A stretch of DNA of 32,000 nt from Caldimicrobium thiodismutans (GTDB taxonomy: Bacteria > Desulfobacterota > Thermodesulfobacteria > Thermodesulfobacteriales > Thermodesulfobacteriaceae). The translations under genes were made by a program, and so were the position numbers. The stretch is from assembly GCF_001548275.1 (NCBI RefSeq), contig NZ_AP014945.1:1440001-1472000 (forward strand), written 5' to 3'. Below, in pieces: positions 16,159 to 25,564 of the stretch. Every line of letters starts with the position of its first letter. The first letter of the stretch is position 1. Under the pieces are notes generated by a model. It did no database searches, was not told the DNA's origin, and worked only from the letters and a program-made list of their open reading frames with translations.

Positions 16159-17643
16159 ATGCGTAAAATCCCCAGAGTGATGTCAACCCAGCATCCTGAT
16201 AATGTATCCCTTCCATTCTTTGCAGAAACTCCGGATATGTCTGGAGAGGATGAAATCCAGGAGGCCTATTATGCCTTTTCCCATCTTGGCTGTGATGAGC
16301 AGATGTGGGATAGCGAAGGAAAAGAGGTTGATGACTTTGTGGTAAAAAAACTTTTAACCCGATATCCTCATTTCTTTAGAAAAAGACGCTTAGGAGAAGA
16401 AATTTTTTTAACCCTGAGAGTGCCTAATCCCTCTGTAGAGAAAGAGGAGGCTAAAATTTTAGTTGAGGCCCTGGAAAGCATTCCCCGTTCTATGGATGCA
16501 GCAAGGCTCTTTTATGGAGAGGTCCCATCCCCTCCTATCTTTGAAGTTATTCTTCCTATGACTACCTCAGCTGAGGAATTGAATAGGGTTTATTATTTTT
16601 ACAAAAACTTTATTTCTGGAAAACAGCATCAGGCTATCTATCCAGGCTCAGTAACCGTAGCGGAATGGGTGGGGGATTTTCTGCCTGAAAAGATTCAAGT
16701 GATCCCTCTTTTTGAAGATGTCTCTTACATGTTAAGAGCAGATGAAATTCTCAGGGAATATCTCAAAGACAAAGAGGAATCATACTTAAGGGTTTTTCTG
16801 GCAAGGTCAGATCCAGCCCTTAATTATGGAATTGTTGCAGCTGTGCTGGGGAATAAGATAGCTCTTAAAAAGGTTTATTCTCTCTCCCAGGAGCTTGAAA
16901 AGGAATTATTCCCAATCCTTGGGGCAGGTTCTCCCCCTTTTAGAGGTAATCTCTCCCCCTACACCGTAGATTATGTTCTCTCTGAATATTCCTTTGTTGA
17001 GACCTTTACCGTTCAGTCTGCCTTTAAGTATGATAATCCCATTGAGGATGCCATAACTGCTATAAAGAGAATCAAAAATTTTGTTCGCTATCCATTGGAA
17101 GATTTTGATGAAAAACTGGCTTTACAATGTATTGAGAAGACCTCTGAGGAATATCAGGATATTATTGAAAAAATAGCTAATCTTATCAATTTATTATCTC
17201 GTTATGTACCGAGACGAAGAATGAGAAAGCTCCATGTAGGGCTTTTTGGTTATTCAAGACAACTCGGGAAGATAACTCTCCCCAGGGCGATTGGTTTTTG
17301 TTCCGCTTGTTATTCTATCGGTCTTCCTCCGGAGATCATTGGATTGTCTGCCTTAACTCGAGAGGAACTTTTGAGGCTGAAAGAAATTTACAAAAACATG
17401 GAAATTGATCTTTCCTTAGCTATGCGATACTTTAATCCCAAGATCCTTGAGATGATCCCAGAAGTTAAAGAAAAACTTCTCAAGGCATTAAATCTTCTTA
17501 ACACCTTGAATCTCAAGGTTGAAACGGATCTTGATCATCGAGAAATTACAAGCCGAATTATCAAAGATCTAAAAAGGGAAAATTACTTAGGTCTTACTAA
17601 TCTGATTATTGAGGCAGGGCTTTTAAGAAGATTTCTGGGATAG
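16159..17643 (+). CDS. ppcA: Archaeal-type phosphoenolpyruvate carboxylase (PepcA)
   Basis: The N-terminus IPRVMSTQHPDN and the length of about 490 aa are the hallmarks of archaeal-type PEPC, as opposed to the roughly 900-aa bacterial Ppc. Confidence 0.8.
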   Translation: MRKIPRVMSTQHPDNVSLPFFAETPDMSGEDEIQEAYYAFSHLGCDEQMWDSEGKEVDDFVVKKLLTRYPHFFRKRRLGEEIFLTLRVPNPSVEKEEAKILVEALESIPRSMDAARLFYGEVPSPPIFEVILPMTTSAEELNRVYYFYKNFISGKQHQAIYPGSVTVAEWVGDFLPEKIQVIPLFEDVSYMLRADEILREYLKDKEESYLRVFLARSDPALNYGIVAAVLGNKIALKKVYSLSQELEKELFPILGAGSPPFRGNLSPYTVDYVLSEYSFVETFTVQSAFKYDNPIEDAITAIKRIKNFVRYPLEDFDEKLALQCIEKTSEEYQDIIEKIANLINLLSRYVPRRRMRKLHVGLFGYSRQLGKITLPRAIGFCSACYSIGLPPEIIGLSALTREELLRLKEIYKNMEIDLSLAMRYFNPKILEMIPEVKEKLLKALNLLNTLNLKVETDLDHREITSRIIKDLKRENYLGLTNLIIEAGLLRRFLG

Positions 17644-17734
17644 ACAATGTATAGGACGACAAAATTGTCAAAAAGGGGCATCATTTTTGTTATTTAGAAA
17701 GGGCCTATAACCTGAAAAGGCTTGTAAAAAGAGC

Positions 17735-17763
17735 TTGCATTGATAGGCACGGAAATTGATAAT
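17735..17763 (+). promoter_or_regulatory. Near-consensus sigma70 promoter (-35 TTGCAT, 17 nt, -10 GATAAT)
   Basis: TTGCAT is at 17735-17740 and GATAAT at 17758-17763, about 38 nt upstream of the ATG at 17801. Confidence 0.55.
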
Positions 17764-17800
17764 AAATATGCAACTAAATTAAAAAGGAGGAGGAAGAGCC

Positions 17801-18001
17801 ATGGTTAAGAAGTTGCTTGGTTTGATGGTTGCTTTAGGTCTTGCTGTTTCACCTGTTATTGCTGCTGAGCAGGCTGGAGCCCCTGCTGATCAGGGCCAGG
17901 ATGCCAAGAAGGCAGAGAAAAAGCCAGCCAAGAAGGCAACCAAAAAAGCCAAAAAGGCCAAAAAGGCTGAGAACGCTACTCAGGAAGCTCCCAAGCAGTA
18001 A
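17801..18001 (+). CDS. Small secreted Lys/Ala-rich (polycationic) protein
   Basis: A strong RBS AAGGAGGAGG is present. The signal peptide is MVKKLLGLMVALGLAVSPVIAAE. The mature part is AKK-rich (KKAEKKPAKKATKKAKKAKKAE). A terminator follows immediately. Confidence 0.75.
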   Translation: MVKKLLGLMVALGLAVSPVIAAEQAGAPADQGQDAKKAEKKPAKKATKKAKKAKKAENATQEAPKQ

Positions 18002-18014
18002 ACATTTCAATAGA

Positions 18015-18042
18015 GGGAGGGAAGATTATCCCCTCCCTTTTT
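18015..18042 (+). terminator. Intrinsic terminator (GGGAGGG / CCCTCCC stem plus T5)
   Basis: A 7-bp G/C-rich stem pairs 18015-18021 with 18031-18037. It has a 9-nt loop and is followed by TTTTT at 18038-18042. Confidence 0.75.
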
Positions 18043-18175
18043 CATAATATTTTGTTGAAATAAATCAAATTTCATAGGTCCACATTTTTACAAGATTTTA
18101 TTCCTCTATCTAAACCTAAAATTTATAATACTTTCAAAAGGCAAATTGCGACCTAGAGTAGCGGTTAGTTAGAAA

Positions 18176-18195
18176 GGGTTAAATATTTTGAACCC
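18176..18195. repeat. Orphan copy of the hairpin module GGGTTAAATATTTTGAACCC
   Basis: It is identical at 18 of 20 positions to GGGTTCAAGATTTTGAACCC inside element copy 1 (6131-6150). It is not flanked by recognisable element termini. Confidence 0.6.
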
Positions 18196-18307
18196 ATGCT
18201 ATAAATCAGTTAAAAAATTCCTGTTTCAGAAGAGATTGGGACATGGGGCAAACATTCAGGTCTGCCCAAATAGGCAGATTTAAGTCCCAAAAGAAATGGA
18301 TCCCAAA

Positions 18308-19495
18308 TCACTTGATCCCTGTCAAGGATTGGGCTAAGGATTCAAGGAAATAATCAAATTCGCGATAATTTACAATCAATGGGGGAGTAAGGCGTATAAT
18401 GTTAGGTTTTGGCTGGGTCACAAGGATTTTCTTTTTAAGGAGGGTTTCATAAATGGGTTGGGAGGGTTTGTGAAATTCAATGCCTATGAGAAGACCTTCT
18501 CCCCTTACTTCTTTAATAATTTTCTTTTCAGGGTCAAGGTAAATTAATCTTTCTTTCAATACCTTGCCTTTTAAGGCAACCTCTTCAAGAAAGCTTTTTT
18601 CAGAGACCACTTCCAGGACCTTTAAGGCCACTGCACAGGCTATGGGATTTCCTCCAAAGGTTGATGCATGGGTGCCAGGTTTTAGAGCTTGCATAACCTC
18701 AGACTTGGCAAGCATAGCAGAAAGAGGCAGTCCATTAGCTAAGGCCTTGGAGGTGCAAAGGATATCGGGTTCAATACCAAAGTGTTCATAGGCAAAAAGT
18801 TTGCCTGTTCTTCCAATTCCAGTTTGAATCTCGTCAAATATAAGTAAGGCCTTAAATTTTTGGCAGAGTTCCTTAACTTTTCCAAGAAATTCCTTAGTTA
18901 AAGGGAATATGCCTCCTTCTCCTTGAATAGGTTCAAGGATCATTGCGCAGACCTCATCAGAAAAGGCTGTTTCAAGGGCCTGGAGATCATTGGGAGGGAT
19001 AAAAATAACACCCTCAAGAAGGGGTTGAAAACCCTCCCAGTACTTAGGTTGTCCTGTAACAGACAGTGCCCCAAAGGTTCTTCCGTGAAAGGAGTTTTCA
19101 AGGGCAATAAATTTGTATTTTTGGGGACCATAGTTTTCAAAAGCTAATCGTCTGGCAAGTTTTAGAGCGGCTTCAATGGCCTCTGCTCCAGAATTAGCAA
19201 AAAAGACTTTTTCTGCAAAGGTAAGGTCAACAAGCTTTTTGGCAAGTTTTGCCTGGGGTTCGGTATAATAGAGATTAGAGGTGTGCCATAGCCTTTGCCC
19301 TTGCCTCTGAAGAACTTCAACCAAAGCGGGATGAGCATGCCCAAGATTGCAAACAGCTATTCCTGCTGTAAAGTCAAGATATTCCTCGCCATCTTCAGTG
19401 AAAAGTCTTGTGCCTGACCCTCTTACAAAGGCAAGCTTTTCCCTTTTATAATTTCCTGCCAGATAAAGCTCTCCCATTTCAACAAGATAGCCCAT
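18308..19495 (-). CDS. argD: Acetylornithine aminotransferase (class III PLP aminotransferase)
   Basis: Motifs are LDFTAGIAVCNLGHAHP, FANSGAEAIEAALKLAR, LIFDEIQTGIGRTGK and the PLP-lysine motif CTSKALANGLP. Confidence 0.85.
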   Translation of the reverse strand: MGYLVEMGELYLAGNYKREKLAFVRGSGTRLFTEDGEEYLDFTAGIAVCNLGHAHPALVEVLQRQGQRLWHTSNLYYTEPQAKLAKKLVDLTFAEKVFFANSGAEAIEAALKLARRLAFENYGPQKYKFIALENSFHGRTFGALSVTGQPKYWEGFQPLLEGVIFIPPNDLQALETAFSDEVCAMILEPIQGEGGIFPLTKEFLGKVKELCQKFKALLIFDEIQTGIGRTGKLFAYEHFGIEPDILCTSKALANGLPLSAMLAKSEVMQALKPGTHASTFGGNPIACAVALKVLEVVSEKSFLEEVALKGKVLKERLIYLDPEKKIIKEVRGEGLLIGIEFHKPSQPIYETLLKKKILVTQPKPNIIRLTPPLIVNYREFDYFLESLAQSLTGIK

Positions 19496-19498
19496 TTT

Positions 19499-20761
19499 TC
19501 ACCTCTTATCTATGACCTTAGGATATTTGCCTTCTCCCTTTTCAAAAGAGCTAAGAGAGGCAAATTTTACCTTAATAGGAAGATTGATCTCAAGTAAGAG
19601 TTTTTCTTCCAGTTTTTTGCGTAATTCCTCTTGAGCAAGAAAGGAGTCTGAAAAAAGTTTTTCCCCTAAGGCAAGGTATATTAATACCTCTTCAAGCCCC
19701 TCAATTCTTAGCAGATGAATCTGATAGGGTGGTAAATCTCCAAGAAGCTCACTCATTATCCTATCCACCTGAGCAGGATGGAATTTGATGCCCCTTACAA
19801 TGATAAGGTCATCTCTTCTTCCAAGGATTGGAGATGTATAGATGTAAGGGCTCTCACAAGGGCAAGGGTCTACCTGAATACTCAAAAGGTCTCCTGTGCG
19901 ATAGCGTATAAGAGGAAAAGCCTCTTTGGTAAGGGTGGTAATAACGAGTTCTCCCACCTCACCAGGAGCTACAGAATCTAAGGTCTCGGGATTTATGACC
20001 TCTATGAGAAAGTGTTTTTCTTGAAAATGAAGGCCTTTTTTTTCTTTACATTCATAAGCAAGGCCTGGCCCAAAGACCTCTGTAATACTGTAAAGGTTAT
20101 AAACATCAGCCTTGAAGGTTTCTTCGAGACGATTTCTTTGAGCCTCAGTAAAAGGTTCACCACAGAGAATTATTTTTTTTAACATAAGACTATTAGGATT
20201 GATCCCGGTTTGCGGAAGGACTTCAGAGAGCCAGAGGGCATAAGAAGGGCTGCAGATAAGCACAGTGCTTCTGTAATCCTGAAGGATTTTTAGTTGTTTC
20301 CGGGGATCTTCAAAATGAACGGGTATGACTGAGGCCCCTATCTTTTCAGCTCCACTCTGAATTCCAAAGGCAGAGGAAAAAAGCCCGGGGTGGAAAGTGA
20401 TCTGTAAAACATCTTCCTTAGATATGCCTAAGTTTTTTAAGGCAAGGGAACTGATTTCTGTTAAAGTAGCAAGATCATTGCGAGTATAACCAACCACAAT
20501 TGGTTCTCCTGTTGTGCCTGAGGTTGCAAGAATTCTTACCACCTCTCTTAAAGGCACAGCAAACATGTTATAGGGATAATTTTCTCGGAGATCTTCCTTC
20601 GTGGTGAAGGGAGCCTTTTTAAGGTGCTCAAGCTCGGAAAGATCTTCAGGATTAAAATTGAACTTGTCAAAGAGGTGTCTATAAAAGGGGACTTCTTTAT
20701 AGACCCGATTTAAGATCGCCTGAAGCCTCTCTAATTGTAAAATTTTTAAATCTTCTGGCAT
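19499..20761 (-). CDS. Phenylacetate-CoA ligase-like adenylate-forming enzyme (PaaK / coenzyme F390 synthetase family)
   Basis: The N-terminus is LERLQAILNRVYKEVPFYRHLFD. The AMP-binding motif is SGTTGEPIVVGYT. Its length and its position next to liv ABC-transporter genes fit this family. Confidence 0.75.
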   Translation of the reverse strand: MPEDLKILQLERLQAILNRVYKEVPFYRHLFDKFNFNPEDLSELEHLKKAPFTTKEDLRENYPYNMFAVPLREVVRILATSGTTGEPIVVGYTRNDLATLTEISSLALKNLGISKEDVLQITFHPGLFSSAFGIQSGAEKIGASVIPVHFEDPRKQLKILQDYRSTVLICSPSYALWLSEVLPQTGINPNSLMLKKIILCGEPFTEAQRNRLEETFKADVYNLYSITEVFGPGLAYECKEKKGLHFQEKHFLIEVINPETLDSVAPGEVGELVITTLTKEAFPLIRYRTGDLLSIQVDPCPCESPYIYTSPILGRRDDLIIVRGIKFHPAQVDRIMSELLGDLPPYQIHLLRIEGLEEVLIYLALGEKLFSDSFLAQEELRKKLEEKLLLEINLPIKVKFASLSSFEKGEGKYPKVIDKR

Positions 20762-20773
20762 GGCAACCTCCCT

Positions 20774-21514
20774 TTATAGTGGAGCCTCCCTGTCTACCTC
20801 TCTTCCAAGATAAGCCCTCTGAATCTCTGGATTTTCAAGAGCATTTTTGGCCTCTCCTTCATAAATGATTTTTCCGGTCTCCATTACATAGACCCGATCT
20901 GCAATCTTTAAGGCAAGTCTTGCGTTTTGTTCCACAAGGAGGATGCTCAAATTGTAATTCTCCCTGAGATTTTGAATATACTGAAAGATTTCAAGGACTA
21001 AATTAGGAGCAATTCCCATGGAGGGCTCATCAAGGAGTAATAGCTTTGGGTTGCTCATAAAGGCTCTGGCTATAGCAAGGATTTGTTGTTGTCCACCTGA
21101 GAGAGTTCCAGCTGGGGCCTTTCTTTTGGTTTTTAAAATTGGGAAAAGGGCATAGATCTCCTCAAGTTTTCTCTCAAATTCTTTTTTCTTTTTGAAATTA
21201 TACCAGGTATAGGTCCCAAGAAGTAGATTTTCTTCAACACTAAGGGGTTTAAAAAGGCCTTTTCCTTCTGGAACAAGGCTTAATCCCAAACGCACTCTCT
21301 CCTCTGTTGATAGGAATTCTATTTTTTGATTCTGAAAGAGAATTTCTCCTCCCTTAGGAAAAAGAATCCCCATCAGGGTCTTGAGAAGGGTGCTTTTTCC
21401 TGCTCCGTTAGCCCCAAGTAAGGCTACAATCTCTCCTTCTCCTACATGCAAAGAAATCTTTTTCAATATGTGTAGATTTCCATAATAGGCGGAAACACCC
21501 TTTAGATAAAGCAT
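20774..21514 (-). CDS. livF: Branched-chain amino acid ABC transporter ATP-binding protein
   Basis: Walker A is GANGAGKST, the signature is LSGGQQQ and Walker B is LLLLDEPS. Confidence 0.88.
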   Translation of the reverse strand: MLYLKGVSAYYGNLHILKKISLHVGEGEIVALLGANGAGKSTLLKTLMGILFPKGGEILFQNQKIEFLSTEERVRLGLSLVPEGKGLFKPLSVEENLLLGTYTWYNFKKKKEFERKLEEIYALFPILKTKRKAPAGTLSGGQQQILAIARAFMSNPKLLLLDEPSMGIAPNLVLEIFQYIQNLRENYNLSILLVEQNARLALKIADRVYVMETGKIIYEGEAKNALENPEIQRAYLGREVDREAPL

Positions 21515-21516
21515 AC

Positions 21517-22296
21517 TTAGAGTTCCTCTCCTAAATAGGCCTTAATAACCTCTGGATCCCTTTGAATCTCTGCAGGAGGACCTTCTGCAAGGACCTCTCC
21601 AAAATTTAGAACTGTGATCCTGAAGCTAATGTTCATAACCAGTTCCATATCATGTTCTATAAGAAGAATGGTAAGCCCATGTTTTTCATTAAGCCTTTTT
21701 AGGACTTCTCCAAGGAAACGTGTTTCTCTGTGATTGAGACCAGCGGCTGGTTCATCAAGAAGAAGTAGTCTGGGTTCTAAGGCCAGGGCTCTTGCAATCT
21801 CAAGGAGTTTTTGTTCTCCAGCGGGAAGATTTTTAGCAAGCTCCTTGGCTTTAGAGCCTAAGCCTACCTCCTCTAAGTAGGTAAGGGCCTGAGATTTAAT
21901 CTCCCCTTCGCGTGGATTTCCAAACTCCCCCAAAAAAAGGCTTTTAAGCATCCCCCAGGGCTTTTTGGCAAAAAGTGCCACCATTACATTTTCAAGGAGA
22001 CTGAGCTCAGTGAAGATTTCTAAAAGCTGGAAGGTTCGCGCAATCCCCATTTTGGCCCTATTTTCAGGAGAAAGAGAGGTAATTTCTTTTCCATGAAAGA
22101 AGATTTTTCCACTGTCTGGCTTTTCAAGACCATTTAGAATATTCAGGAGGGTTGTCTTACCAGCACCGTTTGGACCAATAAGGGCATAAATTTTCCCTTC
22201 TTCAAGGGAAAGGTTCACACCCTTTAATACCTCAAGGCCTCCAAAACTTTTGAAAATATTTGTTGCCTCTAAGAGATAAGCCATTTTTGAAACCAT
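21517..22296 (-). CDS. livG: Branched-chain amino acid ABC transporter ATP-binding protein
   Basis: Motifs are GPNGAGKTT, LPAGEQKLLEIARAL and LLLLDEPAAGLN. The C-terminus follows the LivG pattern. Confidence 0.88.
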   Translation of the reverse strand: MVSKMAYLLEATNIFKSFGGLEVLKGVNLSLEEGKIYALIGPNGAGKTTLLNILNGLEKPDSGKIFFHGKEITSLSPENRAKMGIARTFQLLEIFTELSLLENVMVALFAKKPWGMLKSLFLGEFGNPREGEIKSQALTYLEEVGLGSKAKELAKNLPAGEQKLLEIARALALEPRLLLLDEPAAGLNHRETRFLGEVLKRLNEKHGLTILLIEHDMELVMNISFRITVLNFGEVLAEGPPAEIQRDPEVIKAYLGEEL

Positions 22297-23213
22297 CCTT
22301 TAATTGTCCCCACCAGCCCCTCTCTAAAGAAGAGAAGCCCAAAGGTGAGAACCAAACCATAGAGGAGAACATCATATTCTTTAAAGGGTCTTAAGACCTC
22401 AGGCAGGAGGGTTATAAATAGAGCCCCAAGTAGGGCCCCCCAGAGAGAATGCATTCCCCCAATCATAACCATCATAAGAATCAGGATGGAATAAAAAATT
22501 GAAAAATTTGCTGGACTAAGAAAAGTCACGAAATGGGCATAAATTCCACCAGAGAGAGCTGTGTAAAAGGCACTGAGCATAAAGATTTTAATTTTTAAGG
22601 AGAGGAGGTTTACTCCAAGGGTTTTTAAAGCAATCTCACTACTATGGAGGGCTTTGAGCGTGCGTCCGTAGGTTGAGGTGGTAAGATTTTGGGAAAAAAG
22701 GAAAAAAACCCAGAAAAGGAGCCAGATAAAAATCAGATAAGCAAGGGGGCTTTCTAAGGTATAAGAGCCAAAGTTAAGCTTGGGTATATCTCCAAATCCA
22801 GAAGGACCTCCTGGTCCCCATTCATTTAACAAAAGATAGATAATTTCACCAAAGGCAAGAGTTGCCACAGCTAAATAATGCCCTTTTAGACGCAGGGCTG
22901 GAAGGGCTAAAAATATTGAAAAAAGGGCACTCAGGGAGGCGGAAATAATTATACTTAATGGCACAGGAATATTATATTTTAGAGTAAGAATTGCAGAAAA
23001 ATAAGCTCCAAGTCCATAAAAGCCATTATGTCCAAGGGAGATCTGTCCTGCAAGGCCCATAAGTAAGGAAAGTCCAAGGGCTGAGAGGGCATTCAGTCCT
23101 GCCATAACAAGGACAGTATTTAGATAGGGGTCTTTAAAGAGAAAACCTGCAAAAAGTAGTAAGAGACAAAAGAAAAGACTTCCTGAATAGGAATTAAAGA
23201 GGAGTTTTTTCAT
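22269..23213 (-). CDS. livM: Branched-chain amino acid ABC transporter permease
   Basis: The permease is polytopic, with GQISLGHNGFYGLGAY typical of LivM. Confidence 0.85.
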   Translation of the reverse strand: MKKLLFNSYSGSLFFCLLLLFAGFLFKDPYLNTVLVMAGLNALSALGLSLLMGLAGQISLGHNGFYGLGAYFSAILTLKYNIPVPLSIIISASLSALFSIFLALPALRLKGHYLAVATLAFGEIIYLLLNEWGPGGPSGFGDIPKLNFGSYTLESPLAYLIFIWLLFWVFFLFSQNLTTSTYGRTLKALHSSEIALKTLGVNLLSLKIKIFMLSAFYTALSGGIYAHFVTFLSPANFSIFYSILILMMVMIGGMHSLWGALLGALFITLLPEVLRPFKEYDVLLYGLVLTFGLLFFREGLVGTIKGWFQKWLIS

Positions 23214-24097
23214 AATTTTCTTAAACCAGCTGTCTTAGCAGATTGAAAGAGACCAGCAGGCCTGAAAAGCAGCATAAGAAGGAGTAGCAAAAGAGCTATA
23301 GCATCTTTTAAACCTGAGTGGATATAACCTGCTATCATAGATTCAAGAATACCGAGGAGAAAACCTCCAGCCATTACTCCCCAATTACTGCCCAGACCTC
23401 CAAGGATAGCAGAGGTAAAGCCTTTGATGGTGAGCATAGGACCCCTATCATATTCCATAAAAGTAATGGGGGTGATTAATATTCCTGCCAGCCCGGCAAA
23501 AATTCCACTCAGGATAAAAGAAAGCATTACCATTCGGCTGGTCTTAATTCCCATGAGTTTAGCTGAAAGCGCATCAAAGGCACAGGCCTTCATGGCTCGT
23601 CCTAATAGGGTTTTATTAAAAAAGACAACCAGAAAAAGTATGGTAAGAATTATAAATAGAAAGATCCAGAGAACCTGTTTTTGAATAATAGCAGATCCCA
23701 AGAGAATGGGGGCTCCTTCTGTAAGAGGGGCAAAGCCGTAAGGGTCCTTTCCAAAGGCAAACATCAAAAATCCCTTTAAAAGAATTGAAAAGGCTATGGT
23801 TACAAGGATTAAAAGAAGTGGATCTGCTTTTTCAAGAAGGGGTCTAATGGTGAGTCTCTCCATAAGTAGTGAAGTAAGGCCAGCTATTCCCAAGGTGAGA
23901 ATGAAGGCTACAGGATAGGTAAGCCCCAGTTTTTCCAAAAAAAACCACATCCCAAGACCACCGAGGACTACAAATTCCCCCTGAGCTAAATTAAGAATTG
24001 ATGTTGTATTATAGATAATATTAAAACCGAGGCCGATGAGGGCATAAATGGCCCCCACCGTTAGCCCCGAGAGAAAAAACTGTAGAAAAAGTTCCAT
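23210..24097 (-). CDS. livH: Branched-chain amino acid ABC transporter permease
   Basis: The N-terminus is FLSGLTVGAIYALIGLGFNIIYNTTSILNLAQGEF, typical of LivH. Confidence 0.85.
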   Translation of the reverse strand: MELFLQFFLSGLTVGAIYALIGLGFNIIYNTTSILNLAQGEFVVLGGLGMWFFLEKLGLTYPVAFILTLGIAGLTSLLMERLTIRPLLEKADPLLLILVTIAFSILLKGFLMFAFGKDPYGFAPLTEGAPILLGSAIIQKQVLWIFLFIILTILFLVVFFNKTLLGRAMKACAFDALSAKLMGIKTSRMVMLSFILSGIFAGLAGILITPITFMEYDRGPMLTIKGFTSAILGGLGSNWGVMAGGFLLGILESMIAGYIHSGLKDAIALLLLLLMLLFRPAGLFQSAKTAGLRKL

Positions 24098-24100
24098 TGG

Positions 24101-25249
24101 TTATTGGATAATTTCCCAGTCTCCCTTTTTCACTACCACCATTTCAAAGGAAGAGGCATCTAATCCGCAATGATCCTTTGGACTGATATTAAAAACTCCA
24201 CTTATACCTGGCCAATTTTTGATTTTATGTTCAATATAATCTCTAATTTTGGCAGAATCGGGGCCTACTTTCTTCATAGCCTCAACAACCATCATAAAGG
24301 CATCATAAGCATGGCCAGCAAAGGTTCCAGGCTCAGTTTTATATTTGGCTTCATAGGCGCGAACAAAACCTTCTAAGATCTTCTTTTGGGGATGTTTTTC
24401 AGGTAGCTTATCCCAGACTACGATCCTTCCAAGGGGAGCAATAACTCCTTCGGCTGCAGATCCTGCAAGCTGAATATTTTTCTTGCTTCCCCAGCCATGA
24501 GATTGAAAAAGGGGAATATTTAGTTTTAGGGCTTGCCAGTTTTTCACAACAATAACCTGGGTTGGTCCAACAGACCAGTTAATAATGGCCTGAGCTCCAG
24601 CTTTGTGAGCTTTGAGAAGTTGAACAGTCATATCTGAATCTTCAGGTTTATATCTTTCATCAGCTACTACCTGAATTCCAAATTTGGGTGCAAGCTCAAG
24701 AAGGGCTTTCCTTCCTTGATCTCCAAAACTATTGGTTATGGTAAGAATACCCACCTTTTGAATTCCCTTTTTTTGCATATAACGATAAATAGCTTCAACG
24801 GCACTTCTATCATACTGAGCGGTTTTAAAGACCCAGTATCTCTCATTAACAGGCTCGGTTATACCGGTTCCTGCAGCTAAGGAAATGAGAGGAATTTTGG
24901 CCTGTGAAATAATTGGAATAACTGCCATACTTTCTCCGGTTGTAGAGGGGCCAAGGATTGCAACTACTTTGTCCCGTTCAATAAGTTTTTTTGCAGAAAG
25001 CACTGCCTGGCTCTCTCCACTTTTGGAATCCTCTATAATCACTTCAAGGGGTCTTCCATTGATACCGCCTGCTTTGTTTACCTCCTCAGCCAGCAAGAGA
25101 AGGGTATTTTTTTCCTGTTCTCCAATAAAAGAAGCAGGACCTGTAACACTTAGAATAGCTCCGATTTTAATAGGCTCTTTAGAATAAGAAAAACCTATCA
25201 CACTAAAAAGAAAGGCTAAAATTAACAAAAGAACCCTCAGTCCAGCCAT
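24101..25249 (-). CDS. livK: Leu/Ile/Val-family ABC transporter substrate-binding protein
   Basis: It has a signal peptide. IKIGAILSVTGPASFIGE marks the type I periplasmic binding fold. It is the first gene of the liv operon. Confidence 0.82.
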   Translation of the reverse strand: MAGLRVLLLILAFLFSVIGFSYSKEPIKIGAILSVTGPASFIGEQEKNTLLLLAEEVNKAGGINGRPLEVIIEDSKSGESQAVLSAKKLIERDKVVAILGPSTTGESMAVIPIISQAKIPLISLAAGTGITEPVNERYWVFKTAQYDRSAVEAIYRYMQKKGIQKVGILTITNSFGDQGRKALLELAPKFGIQVVADERYKPEDSDMTVQLLKAHKAGAQAIINWSVGPTQVIVVKNWQALKLNIPLFQSHGWGSKKNIQLAGSAAEGVIAPLGRIVVWDKLPEKHPQKKILEGFVRAYEAKYKTEPGTFAGHAYDAFMMVVEAMKKVGPDSAKIRDYIEHKIKNWPGISGVFNISPKDHCGLDASSFEMVVVKKGDWEIIQ

Positions 25250-25279
25250 TTTAGACCTCCTGGTATAAAATTTTGTAAA

Positions 25280-25307
25280 GTTATAATGTAAAATCTCAAA
25301 ATGTCAA
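25280..25307 (-). promoter_or_regulatory. Putative liv operon promoter (-35 TTGACA, 16 nt, -10 TATAAC)
   Basis: The minus strand has TTGACA at 25307-25302 and TATAAC at 25285-25280. It directly abuts the element target duplication at 25308-25312. Confidence 0.5.
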
Positions 25308-25312
25308 TCTCT

Positions 25313-25564
25313 TGTGTGCGTCCAGGTCTTTTGAGACTTAAATAGTAGGGGTTTAAAATTTTATACCCCTTGAATTTTTTTTGTGGGTCTGTTGTAGTAC
25401 AGACATTCTTGTCTGTGTTTCTTTCACAGATTGGAGTGTATTTTACTTTCACAGGCAAGATTGCCTGTGTAACTTTTACAGACTTGTAAAGCCTCCCTTG
25501 TTTAGATATCTAATTCCTCTTTTACCACCCTTCCTTTTTTCTTGTAAGGATCTGAACTTATGCA
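25313..25564 (-). mobile_element. MITE-like element copy A (252 bp) with a perfect 5-bp target duplication TCTCT
   Basis: The TIRs are TGTGTGCGTCCAGGTCTTT... and ...AAGGATCTGAACTTATGCA. TCTCT occurs at 25308-25312 and 25565-25569. The interior holds four hairpins and no credible ORF. It differs from the reverse complement of 31273-31524 by 8 substitutions. Confidence 0.85.

Noticed and set aside
17841-18047. A 68-aa alternative-frame ORF overlapping the small secreted protein gene.
   Set aside because: It has no RBS. Its Arg/Pro-rich product is a frame-shifted reading of the Lys/Ala codons. The 17801 frame has a strong SD and a signal peptide.
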